From: Macrostomum hystrix
Lineage: Eukaryota; Animalia; Platyhelminthes
Direction of reading: 5' to 3'
DNA: 64,000 nt
NCBI GenBank assembly: GCA_950097015.1
Contig: CATNEN010000025.1
Span: 2,542,001 to 2,606,000, forward strand
Shown here: piece after piece, positions 25,425 through 39,164 of the stretch
Layout of the letters: each line of letters starts with the position of its first letter
Numbering within the stretch: the first letter of the stretch is position 1
Made by a program: the position numbers and the translations under genes
Notes under the pieces: generated by a model
The model's input: only the letters and a program-made list of their open reading frames with translations
What the model was told of the DNA's origin: nothing
Database searches by the model: none

Positions 25425-28400
25425 ATGAATTTCGGCCGCAGCGCGGATCCATTCGGATTTAACTCAGTCGACCAGGACGTCGGCATGGGACTGCAGCTTG
25501 GATTCGCTATTGACTTCGATGCTGCGAATTCAGCAACCTTGCAGCCGGCCAATACTACGACAACCTTCCAGACAGACGAGGAAGACTTAACCAGCTATGC
25601 GATCAAGCGATCGGACACTCCTTATCGAGTGCCGGAGAACCAGCCTGCTGGCTCTGCCGCAGGGGCTGACGACGAATTTGACTTTGAGTTGAATTTCGCA
25701 GACCAGAAGGCTCAGGAGAAGCAGCAGGCGCAGAACGTGACAAATCACCATCCTGAGCCACTCGATTTGCTTGCCGGTCTGCGCGGCGACGATGTCGACG
25801 TTGACTCGCCAGCGACGAACCAGATTCCGGAGCCGACCGCAGCGACGGACCAGATTCCAGAGCCGACCGCAGCGACGGACCAGATTCCAGAGCCGACCGC
25901 AGCGACGGACCAGATTCCAGAGCCGACCGCAGCGACGGACCAGATTCCAGAGCCAACCGCTGAGCACAGTTTTCAAGAGCCAGACGCCGCCGCTGCAGTC
26001 CAGCAGAGCGAAGCCAATATCGTCGTCCCGAAAGCTCAGGCAGCCGCTGAACAGCCGATGCCGGATTCCGACCCAGTGGATGATTGGAAAGATGTGCCCC
26101 ACGTGGCTCTGAGGGATGCAGAAAATGAGGGTAAAATAACAAAAACAATCACGTGCTCTATTGTGATTGCTACTGCGTTGCACACCATCAAACAATGCGC
26201 AATCTAACACCAAGCCGCCCACTACCGTTTGTCACTAAGTTAACCCCGCCCCACACTCTTATCCTTAGTTTATCAACCTCACAGAAACCCTAATCCTTCG
26301 TTAATCTACTACAAAGAAACCCTGCGTTAATCCGCCACAAAGAAACCCTGCGTTAATCCACCACAGAGAAACCCTGCATTAATCCGCCATAAATAAACCA
26401 TAATCATTCGTTAATCCGCCACAAAGAAACCTTAATCTGGCGTTAATACAACCCTAATTAAAACACAGTTACTTCTATATACCCACTACTGAAAAACTAT
26501 GTTTCGTTAATCAGCGTTGACAATCCACCTCTTGATCCTTAGATGACGACTCAGACGAGGAGGTCGCCGTAGCCGCCGCGGCAGCCGACTCAGCCAGTTC
26601 ATCGCCAGCCAGCGTGGCCGAATGCGTCGCCCATTTCGACGCGGCCGGTGTCCTGTCCCAGTACCGGGCCGGCATTCAGACGTGCGTGGAGCTGAAGGGC
26701 CTGGCCGCCCTGCGCCGGTTGCTATGCGGCCCACCGAGTCTCAGAGCGGCGCTTAGGGACCGGCGAGATCTCCTGTTCTGCTTGGCCTGCTGTGAGTTAG
26801 CGTGAATAAATTATGTCAGACTGATAGTGTCAGACTGATAGTGTCAGACTGATAGTGTCAGACTGATAGTGTCAGACTGATAGTGTCAGACTGATAGTGT
26901 CAGACTGATAGTGTCAGACTGATAGTGTCAGACTGATAGTGTCAGACTGATAGTGTCAGACTGATAGTGTCAGACTGATAGTGTCAGACTGATAGTGTGA
27001 GAAAAAGTGTCAGATAAATTGTGTCACTTAAATCATGTCAAACAAAGAATGTCAGAAAAATAGTGCCAGTCCGATAGTGTCTGGCAAACCATGAATGTCA
27101 AATTGTGTCAGCCGAAACTTAAGAAAAATAGTCCTTGTTTGTACCTAATTAAAACTGTCATTGACTTTTATTGTCAGGTCCGTTCGACAATAACAACGAG
27201 ATTCACCTACGCATGCTGGCTACAGTTTACCGCGGCCTGTTGCAAGAGCCGCGGCGGCCCTGTCCGCGGTTTGGCGCCCACTGGGAGTCTGTCGGCTTTC
27301 AGGTAAGCGACGATTGGGAGCAGAGCGCTAGAGCAAGTCGCCGATTTCTCAAGTCGCCGATTTCTCAGGTCGCCGATTTCTCAAGTCACCGGTGTCTCAA
27401 GTCGTCGATTTCTCAAGTCACCGGTGTCTCAAGTCGTCGATTTCTCAAGTCGCCGATTTCTCAAGTCGTCGATTTTTTAGTCGCCGATTTTTCAAGTCGC
27501 CGATTTCTTTGATCGTCGATTTCGGATATCGCCAATTTCTCAACTCGCCGATTTTTTAAGTCATCGATTTCTTAAGTCGCCGATTTCTTAAGTCGCCGAT
27601 TTCTCAAGTCGCCGATTTCTCAAGTCGCCGATTTTTAAAGTAATCGATTTTTAAAGGCATCGATTTCTCAAGTCGTCGATTTCTCAAGTCGCCGATTTCT
27701 CAAGTCGCCGATTTTTTAAGTCGCCGATTTCTCAAGTCGCTGATTTTTAAAAGTCATCGATTTTTAAAGTCATCGATTTCTCAAGTCGTCGATTTCTCAA
27801 GTCGCCGATTTTTCATATCGCCGATTTCTCAAGTCGCCGATTTCTCAAGTCGCCGATTTCTCAAGTCGCCGATTTCTCAAGTCGCCGATTTCTCAAGTCG
27901 CCGATTTCTCAAGTCGCCGATTTTTAAAAGTCATCGATTTTAAAGTCATCGATTTCTCAAGTCGTCGATTTCTCAAGTCGCCGATTTTTCATATCGCCGA
28001 TTTCTCAAGTCGCCGATTTCTCAAGTCCCGATTTCTAAAGTCGCCGATTTTTCTTATCGCCGATTTCTCGGGTCGCCGATTTCTCAGGTCACCGATATTT
28101 TTTTGCAGGGCAGCGATCCCAGCACGGATCTCCGCGGCTGCGGCATGCTGGGGCCGCTCTGCCTGCTTCACCTGGTGACGCAGCCTCGGCTGGCCTCTCT
28201 ACGCGCAGCCGCTTTCCGTCTGTCCCTCGACCCCGATCAGAACTATCCGTTCTGCGTGATGAGCATCAATCTAACCAGAGCGGCGCTCATCGCCCTGCGC
28301 CACCAGAGCTTGAACCGGCTCATTAATGCCAGCGGAGATCCACTGGCTACATTTCTAGATGTGTACACTGCTCTTCTGCAGCGGCTGCACACTGTCTGGT

Positions 28401-31001
28401 CCACTGGCGCCAAGAACATCATGGACTCCGGCTTTGTGGTGCGAGGTGAGTTTCATAGAATCTGGAATCGAACCCCCGACCTTCAAGTCGTGAGTTTGAC
28501 GCTTTAATCACTTGGCGACAACCTCTTCTATCCTATCTAGCGTAGGATAGCCTAAACATTAGTATTAAAAATGTGAATCGTTGTTGATTTGAGCCTATGA
28601 AGTGTCAGGATTGCTCAACTGAGTCTATGAAGTGTCAGGACTGCTCAACTGAGTCTATGAAGTGTCAGGATTGCTCAACTGAGTCTATGAAGTGTCAGGA
28701 TTGGTCAACTGAGTCTATGAAATGTCAGGACTGCTCAACTGAGTCTATGAAGTGTCAGGATTGCTCAACTGAGTCTATGAAGTGTCAGGATTGGTCAACT
28801 GAGTCTATGAAATGTCAGGATTGCTCAACTGAGTCTATGAAGTGTCAGGATTGCTCAACTGAGTCTATGAAGTGTCAGGATTGGTCAACTGAGTCTATGA
28901 AATGTCAGGATTGGTCAACTGAGTCTATGAAATGTCAGGATTGCTCAACTGAGTCTCTGAAGTGTCAGGACTGCTCAACTGAGTCTCTGAAGTGTCAGGA
29001 TTGGTCAACTGAGCCTCTGAAGTGTCAGGATTGCTCAACTGATTGTCTCAAGTGTCACGATCAGGCTCGGAGAACAATATTTTAGAATTCAAATAAAAAA
29101 CTGTTAACAGATTTTTTAATCTGTTCATGCTACTACAAAATTTTCGGAAAGTAGTGTGGAAAGTATCTAGAATTTAATAAGTGATCGAATTTTCTTTGAC
29201 ACTTGGAGGGCTTTTTGGTCTCCTTAAAACGTATAGCAGCTTCTAAGGCTTTTTGTATCTAAGGGCCTATCTATCTGGACCTGATGCTCCATTAAGAGTT
29301 CGCATGTACCTTCCAACATTTAGATTTATGATTAATCCGTTGTAAGGGGATTAAAGTGAGATTGTCTATCAAATTCTTTTCTAAATGCTCATGTGATTCG
29401 CCAAGACATAAGATCTGGGAATACCTCCTATTTCTATTGATCTTCTCAAAAACATTTACTGAAAATGTGGCTGATCTAGATTTCGATTAATCTCAAAATC
29501 AATTTGTCACTATTGCATTCTCATGAGACTGCACAGAATGATATACGAGTGGGTTGGATAGAAATTAAGACTATCTAGAAAGTTGTTTAGACATGTGAAA
29601 TCAAATAATCAGACAGCTGAGATTAGATAGTAGTGAAAATAGATAATGAGACAGCTGAGATTAGATAGTTGTGAAAATAGATAATGAGACAGGCAGATTA
29701 GATAGTTGTGAAAATAGATAATGAGACAGGCAGATTAGATAGTTGTGAAAATAGATAATGAGACAGCTGAGATTAGATAGTTGTGAGAATATATAATCAG
29801 ACAGCTAAGATTAGATAGTTGTGAGAACAGATAATCAGACAGCTGAGATTAGATAGTAGTGAGAACAGATAATCAGACAGCTGGGATTAGATAGTAGTGA
29901 GAATAGATAATCAGACAGCTAAGATTAGATAGTTGTGAGAATAGATAATCAGACAGCTGAGATTAGATAGTAGTGAGAACAGATAATCAGACAGCTGGGA
30001 TTAGATAGTAGTGAGAATAGATAATCAGAGAGTGAGATTAGATAACCGTTAGATTAGGTAATCAGACAGTTAAGATTAGATAACCATGGGATGAGGTTAT
30101 CAGAAAGGTGAAATTAGATAATTAGACAGGTGAGATTAGGTAATTAGAAAGTTCAGATTAGATAATCGTGAGATAAGGTAATCAGACAGGTGAGATCAGA
30201 TAATAGTGAGAATATGTAATAGTGAGATGAGATAATCTTGACAGGTGAGATTTCATAATTTGACGATTAGGATAAAGTAATCGAGAGATTAGGTAATTCT
30301 TGTCCTTAGATGATGATAAAAAAGAGGTTGATCATACAAAAATGTAGTCAAAAAGGAGCCAAAAAGGAGATCGACAAATAGCCTGGGTAGAAAGGCGAGT
30401 AGACAAAACAGACGGATAAATCTAGAAAGGAGACATCCAGATGAGTCCTTGGTTCGCCAGATATGCAGAAACGTCAGTAATTATATCAGTCTTGTTCAGG
30501 AAAATGACAGGAGGAAAACATGCACCCTATAGGCTAACATATCTTGTCCTATCCACAATCCGCAGATATGCAACTTTTTGTAAATCATTATCCGCATAAA
30601 AAGGCTGAATATTGAACGAACTACGAGCTATAGAACAATCGAAATCCCTACATCGGCTATAATTACAAGTTTAGCGCGCTATTAGTTACTATGCTAGTCT
30701 AGTCATAATATGCTTTGTCTTCGTATTTTAGTACGTATTTTGTATCAAAATAGTGGCTTTCTCGTTAAGGAAGAAGGATATGTGCCTATAAATAGCCAAT
30801 AAATCGATATTAAACAATCAACCACCAATTTCAGACTTGGAAGCGGCCTGCATAAAGGATCCGGAAGCTTTGCTCAGGGAGTTGAGCAGTTCAACGGAGG
30901 CTGTCCGGAACGGAACCGGGCAATCGAGCGGTCGTTCGTCAGTACCGACTAGCGGTGCCAAAGTGAACTCGGAAAAGTTTGTCGACTTGTGCGCCGCCTG
31001 A
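25425..31001 (+). CDS. ELMOD3: ELMO domain-containing protein 3 (Arf-family GAP); join(25425..26130, 26543..26791, 27178..27302, 28109..28445, 30835..31001), 527 aa
   Basis: GLAALRRLLCGPPSL, HWESVGFQ|GSDPSTDLRGCGML, YPFCVMSINLT and IMDSGFVV match ELMOD3. GT-AG junctions with phases 1,1,0,1 give an uninterrupted 1584-nt frame. The long acidic first exon is less certain. Confidence 0.85.
25818..25967 (+). repeat. Exonic 30-bp tandem repeat x5 encoding (D/N)QIPEPTAAT
   Basis: Near-perfect in-frame repeats inside ELMOD3 exon 1. Confidence 0.92.
26814..26998. repeat. Intronic minisatellite, 14-bp unit (GTCAGACTGATAGT), ~13 perfect copies
   Basis: Starts ~22 nt after the ELMOD3 exon 2 donor. Confidence 0.96.
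27333..28095. repeat. Intronic minisatellite, ~16-bp unit (GTCGCCGATTTCTCAA), fills ELMOD3 intron 3
   Basis: About 45 variable units ending at the acceptor TTTTTTTGCAG (28108). Confidence 0.95.
28464..28525 (-). mobile_element. tRNA-like head fragment of the SINE
   Basis: Minus strand TCGCCAAGTGATTAAAGCG...CACGACTTGAAGGTCGGGGGTTCGATTCC has A/B boxes and matches the SINE head at 44790-44862. Confidence 0.65.
28590..29050. repeat. Intronic minisatellite, 30-bp unit (GAGTCTATGAAGTGTCAGGATTGCTCAACT), ~15 copies
   Basis: Tandem array in ELMOD3 intron 4; gives the spurious (MKCQDCSTES)n ORF. Confidence 0.95.
29600..30060. repeat. Intronic minisatellite, ~38-bp unit (GATAATCAGACAGCTGAGATTAGATAGTAGTGAGAATA), decaying to ~30290
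   Basis: Tandem units in ELMOD3 intron 4. Confidence 0.9.
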
Positions 31002-31007
31002 ATCTAC

Positions 31008-33652
31008 GGATTTCCTGAACTTCAGATTCCCTGAACTTCAGATACCCTAAACTTTAGATTCCCTGAACTTCAGATGCCCTAAACTTCAGATTCCCTGAAC
31101 TTCAGATTTCCTAAACTTTAGATTCCCTGATCTTCAGATTCCTGAACTTCAGATTCCCTGAACTTCAGATGCCCTAAACTTCAGATTCCTTGATCTTCAG
31201 ATTCCCTGAACTTCAGGTTCCTAAACTTCAGATTCCTTGATCTTCAGATTCCCTGAACTTCAGGTTCCTAAACTTCAGATTCCCTGAACTTCAGATTCCC
31301 TAAACTAAACTTCAAATTCCCTAAACTTCAGATTCCCTAAACTTCAGATTTCCTAAACTTCAGATTCCCTAAACTTCAGATTCCCTGAACTTCAGATTCC
31401 CTTAACTTCAGATTCCCTGAACTTCAGATTCCCTAAACTTCAGATACCCTGAACTTCAGATGCCCTAAACTTCAGATTCCTTGATCTTCAGATTCCTTGA
31501 TCTTCAGATTCCTGAACTTCAGATTCCTGAACTTCAGATTCCCTGAACTTCAGATGCCCTAAACTTTAGATTCCCTGAACTTCAGATGCCCTAAACTTCA
31601 GATTCCCTGAACTTCAGATTCCCTAAACTTCAGATTCCCTAAAGTTCAGATTCCTGAACTTCAGATTTCCTAAAGTTCAGATTCCTGAACTTCAGATTCC
31701 CTGAACTTCAGATGCCCTAAACTTCAGATTCCTTGATCTTCAGATTCCTTGATCTTCAGATTCCTGAACTTCAGATTCCTGAACTTCAGATTCCCTGAAC
31801 TTCAGATTTCCTAAACTTTAGATTCCCTGATCTTCAGATTCCTGAACTTCAGATTCCTGAACTTCAGATTCCCTGAACTTCAGATGCCCTAAACTTCAGA
31901 TTCCTTGATCTTCAGATTCCCTGAACTTCAGGTTCCTAAACTTCAGATTCCCTGAACTTCAGATTCCCTAAACTTCAGATTCCCTAAACTTCAGATTTCC
32001 TAAACTTCAGATTCCCTAAACTTCAGATTCCCTGAACTTCAGATTCCCTTAACTTCAGATACCCTGAACTTCAGATGCCCTAAACTTCAGATTCCTTGAT
32101 CTTCAGATTCCTTGATCTTCAGATTCCTGAACTTCAGATTCCTGAACTTCAGATTCCCTAAACTTCAGATTCCCTAAAGTTCAGATTCCCTGAACTTCAG
32201 GTTCCTAAACTTCAGATTCCCTGAACTTCAGATTCCCTAAACTAAACTTCAAATTCCCTAAACTTCAGATTCCCTAAACTTCAGATTTCCTAAACTTCAG
32301 ATTCCCTAAACTTCAGATTCCCTGAACTTCAGATTCCCTTAACTTCAGATTCCCTGAACTTCAGATTCCCTAAACTTCAGATACCCTGAACTTCAGATGC
32401 CCTAAACTTCAGATTCCTTGATCTTCAGATTCCTTGATCTTCAGATTCCTGAACTTCAGATTCCTGAACTTCAGATTCCTGAACTTCAGATTCCCTGAAC
32501 TTCAGATGCCCTAAACTTTAGATTCCCTGAACTTCAGATGCCCTAAACTTCAGATTCCCTGAACTTCAGATTCCCTAAACTTCAGATTCCCTAAAGTTCA
32601 GATTCCTGAACTTCAGATTTCCTAAAGTTCAGATTCCTGAACTTCAGATTCCCTGAACTTCAGATGCCCTAAACTTCAGATTCCTTGATCTTCAGATTCC
32701 TTGATCTTCAGATTCCTGAACTTCAGATTCCTGAACTTCAGATTCCCTGAACTTCAGATTTCCTAAACTTTAGATTCCCTGATCTTCAGATTCCTGAACT
32801 TCAGATTCCTGAACTTCAGATTCCCTGAACTTCAGATGCCCTAAACTTCAGATTCCTTGATCTTCAGATTCCCTGAACTTCAGGTTCCTAAACTTCAGAT
32901 TCCCTGAACTTCAGATTCCCTAAAGTTCAGATTCCCTAAACTTCAGATTTCCTAAACTTCAGATTCCCTAAACTTCAGATTCCCTGAACTTCAGATTCCC
33001 TTAACTTCAGATACCCTGAACTTCAGATGCCCTAAACTTCAGATTCCTTGATCTTCAGATTCCTTGATCTTCAGATTCCTGAACTTCAGATTCCTGAACT
33101 TCAGATTCCCTAAACTTCAGATTCCCTAAAGTTCAGATTCCTGAACTTCAGATTTCCTAAAGTTCAGATTCCTGAACTTCAGATTCCCTGAACTTCAGAT
33201 GCCCTTAACTTCAGATTCCTTGATCTTCAGATTCCTTGATCTTCAGATTCCTGAACTTCAGATTCCTGAACTTCAGATTCCCTGAACTTCAGATGCCCTA
33301 AACTTTAGATTCCCTGAACTTCAGATTCCCTAAAGTTCAGATTCCCTGAACTTCAGATTCCCTAAACTTCAGATTCCCTAAAGTTCAGATTCCTGAACTT
33401 CAGATTCCCTAAACTTCAGATTCCTGAACTTCAGATTCCCTGAACTTCAGATGCCCTAAACTTTAGATTCCCTGAACTTCAGATGCCCTAAACTTTAGAT
33501 TCCCTGAACTTCAGATGCCCTAAACTTCAGATTCCTGAACTTCAGATTCCCTAAACTTCAGATTCCTGAACTTCAGATTCCCTAAACTTCAGATTCCTGA
33601 ACTTCAGATTCCCTAAACTTCAGATTCCCTAAAGTTCAGATTTCCTAAACTT
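31008..33652. repeat. Large satellite, 16-17-bp unit (CCCTGAACTTCAGATT) with ~940-950-bp higher-order duplication
   Basis: Begins ~7 nt after the ELMOD3 stop; rare variants recur at 31301/32238 and 31929/32881. Confidence 0.95.
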
Positions 33653-34199
33653 AGTGTACGAGCCGTAAATGGCAATTCAATTCAAGCTACAAATGGTCTT
33701 GCTGCAGACACGTGCTGCCTACTGTATTCGGGATGACGAGAAGTTATAATAATGTCTGAACCAATTTCCGGAGCACCGCTTTTAACCAGCCGCGGCATGA
33801 CACTATTCACTTTTATGCATTGCACCATCCATCCTTTCCTTCCGTCCATTTGTCTGTCTGTCTGCTCACCGCTAGCAAGCATTGTTGTTTTTTTTCTAAG
33901 AAAGCAAATCTATAAGTGAGATTAGACCCGGCCAGAAATCGTGCTTGATCCGGCAGGGGGTTAAGGAGGAATTCCCATCAGGCACGGAATATAGTTTCTT
34001 TCGTTTTTTGCACAGCTGGAAATCGTTGATTCCGATGATGTACTACTGTATGTATAAATGTTTTTCTTCTATCCTGCACATGGTTATGTGGGAGACCAAG
34101 TGTGCGGAAAATCAATACTGATTTAGCATATTTCTATTTCTCGACAGTCGATCCTGAACTCTGTTGCTAGTTGTTGCGGCATGTTCTTGAAGTCATAGT

Positions 34200-35030
34200 G
34201 AGCTGCTGATTTCTTGGAATAGGAATGAACTGCTGATTTCTAAGAATCGGAGTGAACTGCCGATCTGAAAGCAGAGTTCACAGATTATTTCCTAGAATCG
34301 GAGTCAACTACTGATTTCTAAGAATAAGGGTGAACTGCTGATTTCTAAGAATAAGAGTGAACTGCTGATTTCTAAGAATCGTAGTGAACTACTGATTTCT
34401 AAGAATCGGAGTGAACTGCTGATTTCTAAGAATCGGAGTGAACTACTGATTTCTAAGAATCGTAGTGAACTACTGATTTCTAAGAATCGGATTGAACTGC
34501 TGATTTCTAAGAATCGGAGTGAACTACTGATTTCCTAGAATCGGAGTAAGCAGCTGATTTCTAAGAATAATGGTGAACAGCTGATTTATAAGAATCGGAG
34601 TGAACTGCTGATTTCTAAGAATCGGAGTTAACAGCTGATTTTTAAGATTCGGAGTGAACTGCCGATCTGAAAGCCAGAGTTCACAGATTATTTCCTAGAA
34701 TCGGAGTGAACTACTGATTTCCTAGAATCGGAGTGAACTACTGATTTGTAAGAATCGGAGTGAACAGCTGATTTATAAGAATCGGAATGAACTTCTGATT
34801 TGTAAGAATCGGAGTGAACTGCTGATTTCTAAGAATCGGAGTGAACTGCCGATCTGAAAGCCAGAGTTCACAGATTATTTCCTAGAATCGGAGTGAACTA
34901 CTGATTTCCTAGAATCGGAGTGAACAGCTGATTTCTAAGAATAAGGGTGAACTGCTGATTTCTAAGAATCGGGGTGAACTGCTGATTTCCTAGAATCGTA
35001 GTGAACTGCTATTTTTTTAGAATCGGAGCA
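34200..35030. repeat. Minisatellite, 27-bp unit (GAACTGCTGATTTCTAAGAATCGGAGT) with periodic insertions
   Basis: Tandem units; interrupting block GCCGATCTGAAAG..AGAGTTCACAGATT recurs three times. Confidence 0.92.
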
Positions 35031-35384
35031 AACTGTTCTATCGTGAGACTATCCATAGATCTCAGTCGTATTCTCTTTCGCTTTTATATAATTTGGAACT
35101 ATTAATCACTACATAGTGCTTTTTGTGCATCATGCAGTTTATGATTATAACTAATTTTGCAATCTGACACATTTTATATCAGTGCTTTGTCTATTTATTT
35201 TCTCATCTGTGTAGTGCGCTATAAATAAAATATTTGTGAATGCGTTGTTCAGTTCAACAGGACATTATCGGCCTCACTACAATGCTTAATAATTATTCGT
35301 TACATTGATAATATATGGTTGAACTTCTACAAACCTTAAAAATTCTGTCTTAAAAATAGCGTTTCTATTTATTGCTATTGTCTT

Positions 35385-35792
35385 CATCAATGTCTGTTTA
35401 TCAATCCTATTCCATTCATCAATGTCTTTTTATCAGTCCTAATCAATTCTACAGTGTCTGTTTATCAGTCCTAATCAATTCTACAGTGTCTGTTTATCAA
35501 TCGTAATTAATTCAACAGTTTCTGTTTATCAATCCTAATCAATTTAACAGTGTCTGTTTATCAATCCTAATCAGTTCTACAGTATCTGTTTATCAGTCCT
35601 AATCAGTTCTACAGTGTCTGTTTATCAATCCTAATCTATTCTACAGTGTCTGTTTATCAATCGTAATTAATTCAACAGTTTCTGTTTATCAGTCCTAATC
35701 CATTCAACAGTGTCTGTTTATCAGTCCTAATCCATTCAACAGTGTCTGTTTATCAGTCCTAATCAATTCTACAGTGTCTGTTTATCAGTCCC
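35385..35792. repeat. Minisatellite, 32-bp unit (CTGTTTATCAGTCCTAATCAATTCTACAGTGT)
   Basis: About 12 tandem units. Confidence 0.9.
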
Positions 35793-36464
35793 TAGCCCTT
35801 CTCCCTTCATTCGTCTTTCATTTTAGCTTTATAGCTTTTGTGACGGCTCGTCTAGAATTGTTCTCGCCCAGCACGATTTATATTTTTTATATCATTTTTC
35901 TTCTAAAAAAGCAAATCAATACATAAAAAGAATTTTGCCTGTTAGCTATTCACTTCCCATTCATTGTGGCGCCTTTCAGTCTTACATATCCACTTACCTT
36001 GCCACACACTTGTGAACAATAATTGCCACGCATTCACCCTGTACAGTGCCTCTCAACTCAACAATCAAGGTATGAAGCACGTTCACCTCATGGCAACTGT
36101 ATTGTACTGAGGCATACCAATAGCCTATACAATCTAGCATCTAAATTTCTAGCCTATGAAAGAATTCTGTATGCTTTTTTAAAGAGAATCAATCTAATTT
36201 AATTTATGCAGCATCATTTAGAGCCAATTGGATTTTTATGAAAATGTAAAGTTTTTTTTTATTTCACGTTTTGATAAAAATTTCCTGCATCGAGCCATGA
36301 TTGATGGCTTTTAGAAGAATGAAATGCCAATAACGTCCTTTAGACAAGCTATCTGCTCATAGTTACTCAGGTTTTGCTACATTTGTATATGTATTAGTAA
36401 AAATACGTTATATATCATATATGGTTTGATGCATTCTGTGTTGTTAAAGTCCGGTCACTGTACT

Positions 36465-37210
36465 TAATTTGAGCCTTCGGACTTGTGCTTGGATTGAAGC
36501 TTCGGTCTTTGTGTTTGGATTGAAGCTTTGGTCTTTGTGCTTGGATTGAAGCTTCGGTCTTTGTGTTTGGATTGAAGCTTCGGTCTTTGTGTTTGGATTG
36601 AAGCTTCGGTCTTTGTGTTTGGATTGAAGCTTCGGTCTTTGTGTTTGGATTGAAGCTTCGGTCTTTGTGTTTGGATTGAAGCTTCGGTCTTTGTGTTTGG
36701 ATTGAAGCTTCGGTCTTGTGCTTGGATTGAAGCTTCGGTCTTTGTGTTTGGATTGAAGCTTCGGTCTTTGTGTTTGGATTGAAGCTTCGGTCTTTGTGTT
36801 TGGATTGAAGCTTCGGTCTTTGTGTTTGGATTGAAGCTTCGGACTTGTGCTTGGATTGAAGCTTCGGTCTTTGTGCATGGATTGAAGCTTCGGTCTTTGT
36901 GCATGGATTGAAGCTTCGGTCTTTGTGTTTGGATTGAAGCTTCGGTCTTTGTAATCAGATTGAAGCTCGGTCTTTGTGTTTGGATTGAAGCTTCGGTCTT
37001 TGTGTTTGGATTGAAGCTTCGGTCTTTGTATTTGGATTGAAGCTTCGGTCTTTGTGCTTGGATTGAAGCTTCGGTCTTTGTACTTTAATTGAAGCTTCGG
37101 TCTTTGTGCTTGGATTGAAGCTTCGGTCTTTGTACTTTAATTGAATCTTCGGTTTTTTGTGCTTTGATTGAAGCTTAAGCCATTTTATTTTGATTGAACG
37201 TTCGGTCTTT
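36465..37210. repeat. Minisatellite, 26-bp unit (GAAGCTTCGGTCTTTGTGTTTGGATT)
   Basis: About 28 tandem units, each with the palindrome GAAGCTTC. Confidence 0.95.
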
Positions 37211-38439
37211 GTACCTGGATTCAATGTTAGGTCTTTGTATTTAGATAGAGCATTCGGTCATGCTACACTGATTATACTATCTGTTATCCAATGTCACCGT
37301 GAATTCCATTACGGAGCACAGAAAAACGGTAAAGGTTAGCAGAAGATACACATTAGCTTAATTTTATGCTTTTAGCACAAGCGCAGATGCTTGATGTAAA
37401 AGACTATTTGAGTAATGGTAAACTGTTAAAAAACCTTCCCTGTTGCATATTTTTTCCCTTTCCAAATACTCTCCCTTGTCTCTCTCCAGTCTTCCCACAG
37501 CCTGATACTTATCTCTTACTAATCCTCGTCATTATTTCTATCCCAGCCAATCAGAGCGCAGGGGTACGGATTGGCCAGCAACTACACATTCAATAGCATT
37601 GCCAGCTGGCAATATTTCAAACTAAACCCGTTGCTGCTTTTTTCTTCTATAGCCCGTCAATCAATTAAACTAGCAAAGAAATTTCCTGCATGACATAAAA
37701 AAGTCTTTATAATATATTCGACTATTGGTAGGCAGATTAGACCAGTTTGGTGAGTCTCTTCATTAAATGGTGTTTTTCATTTGCGCGTGCAAGCATTTCC
37801 TGTTGGAGGGCAGGGGAAATTTGTAGAGTAAATTCCCAGGATGCTGCAGTCCCTCCATGCAGCCTAAAAGCTCCATGGGGGAGAATTCGGCAGGGCCGAC
37901 TGGGGAGCAGCAGAGGCGACACGAGTTAATGCCTAAAGGGGCTTATAATAATTTAGTTTTCGCTCTCATTCTGCCACTTCGGCCGTCATAACTCATAGGA
38001 TGTGATAGAATATGGTTTCCTGCTCAAGTATATTGGTAAACTTCTGAGCACAATAGTACAGTTTCATGTGTTCGATCTAACAGCCATAGAACTCTACTTG
38101 CTTGGGACTTGTGCAACGATAGATTTGAGAAAGTCTGCGACTCTGCTGGAAGTTTTCACACTTCAAACCTTCCCTAGGGAAAATATTCCACTAACTCATT
38201 GCTTTAAGTATTCGATCCTCGAGTATCGACTGAACCTGCAAACTTTCTTAGAAGGTGGAATATAGGCTGGGGTGCTAATCAAACAGCGTTGTGATGGAAC
38301 AAAATAGCCAGCATGAAAGGCCGAGTTCAATATTCAAGAGAAACCTTCACGTGGGACATGCAATAAACTGGGAGTTCCTAACTGTCTTAGTAAAGGTGCA
38401 AGGGTAGTTAGGAAGTAAGTAATTAAGTAAGTTAGTAAG

Positions 38440-38820
<381 letters not shown>

Positions 38821-39164
38821 CAATGACTCAATCAAAAAAATGATTTTAAAGCAAAAAAATCGTATTCGGTTTTCTGGCCCACATCTGGCTTTCCTAGAAT
38901 TCATAAAGCGCTGTTGCATTAGATTCTAATTTTACGCAAATTTCACGGATGAGAAGTGTTGAGAAGCTTTTAGCTACGATTGTTGACGTGTGAAGATGGA
39001 TTCTCCAGAAAAATGTTCTACCCGATTTCATTTCTAAGACTTCATTTTGCCTGCGTGGAGAAAGAGAATTCCATTTCCAACAAAAATTTTTTGCCAGTGG
39101 AAATGCGCTGGTGAAAAATGGCTCGTATAGTCTTAAGGCAACGACAACAGAGGTAGAGGAGGCA

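Noticed and set aside
26511-26545. Alternative ELMOD3 exon 2 acceptor at 26514
   Set aside because: Gives an in-frame TGA after 10 codons; the acceptor at 26542 keeps the frame
33950-33965. GGGGGTTAA as a piggyBac terminus
   Set aside because: No matching TTAACCC end or transposase remnant found nearby
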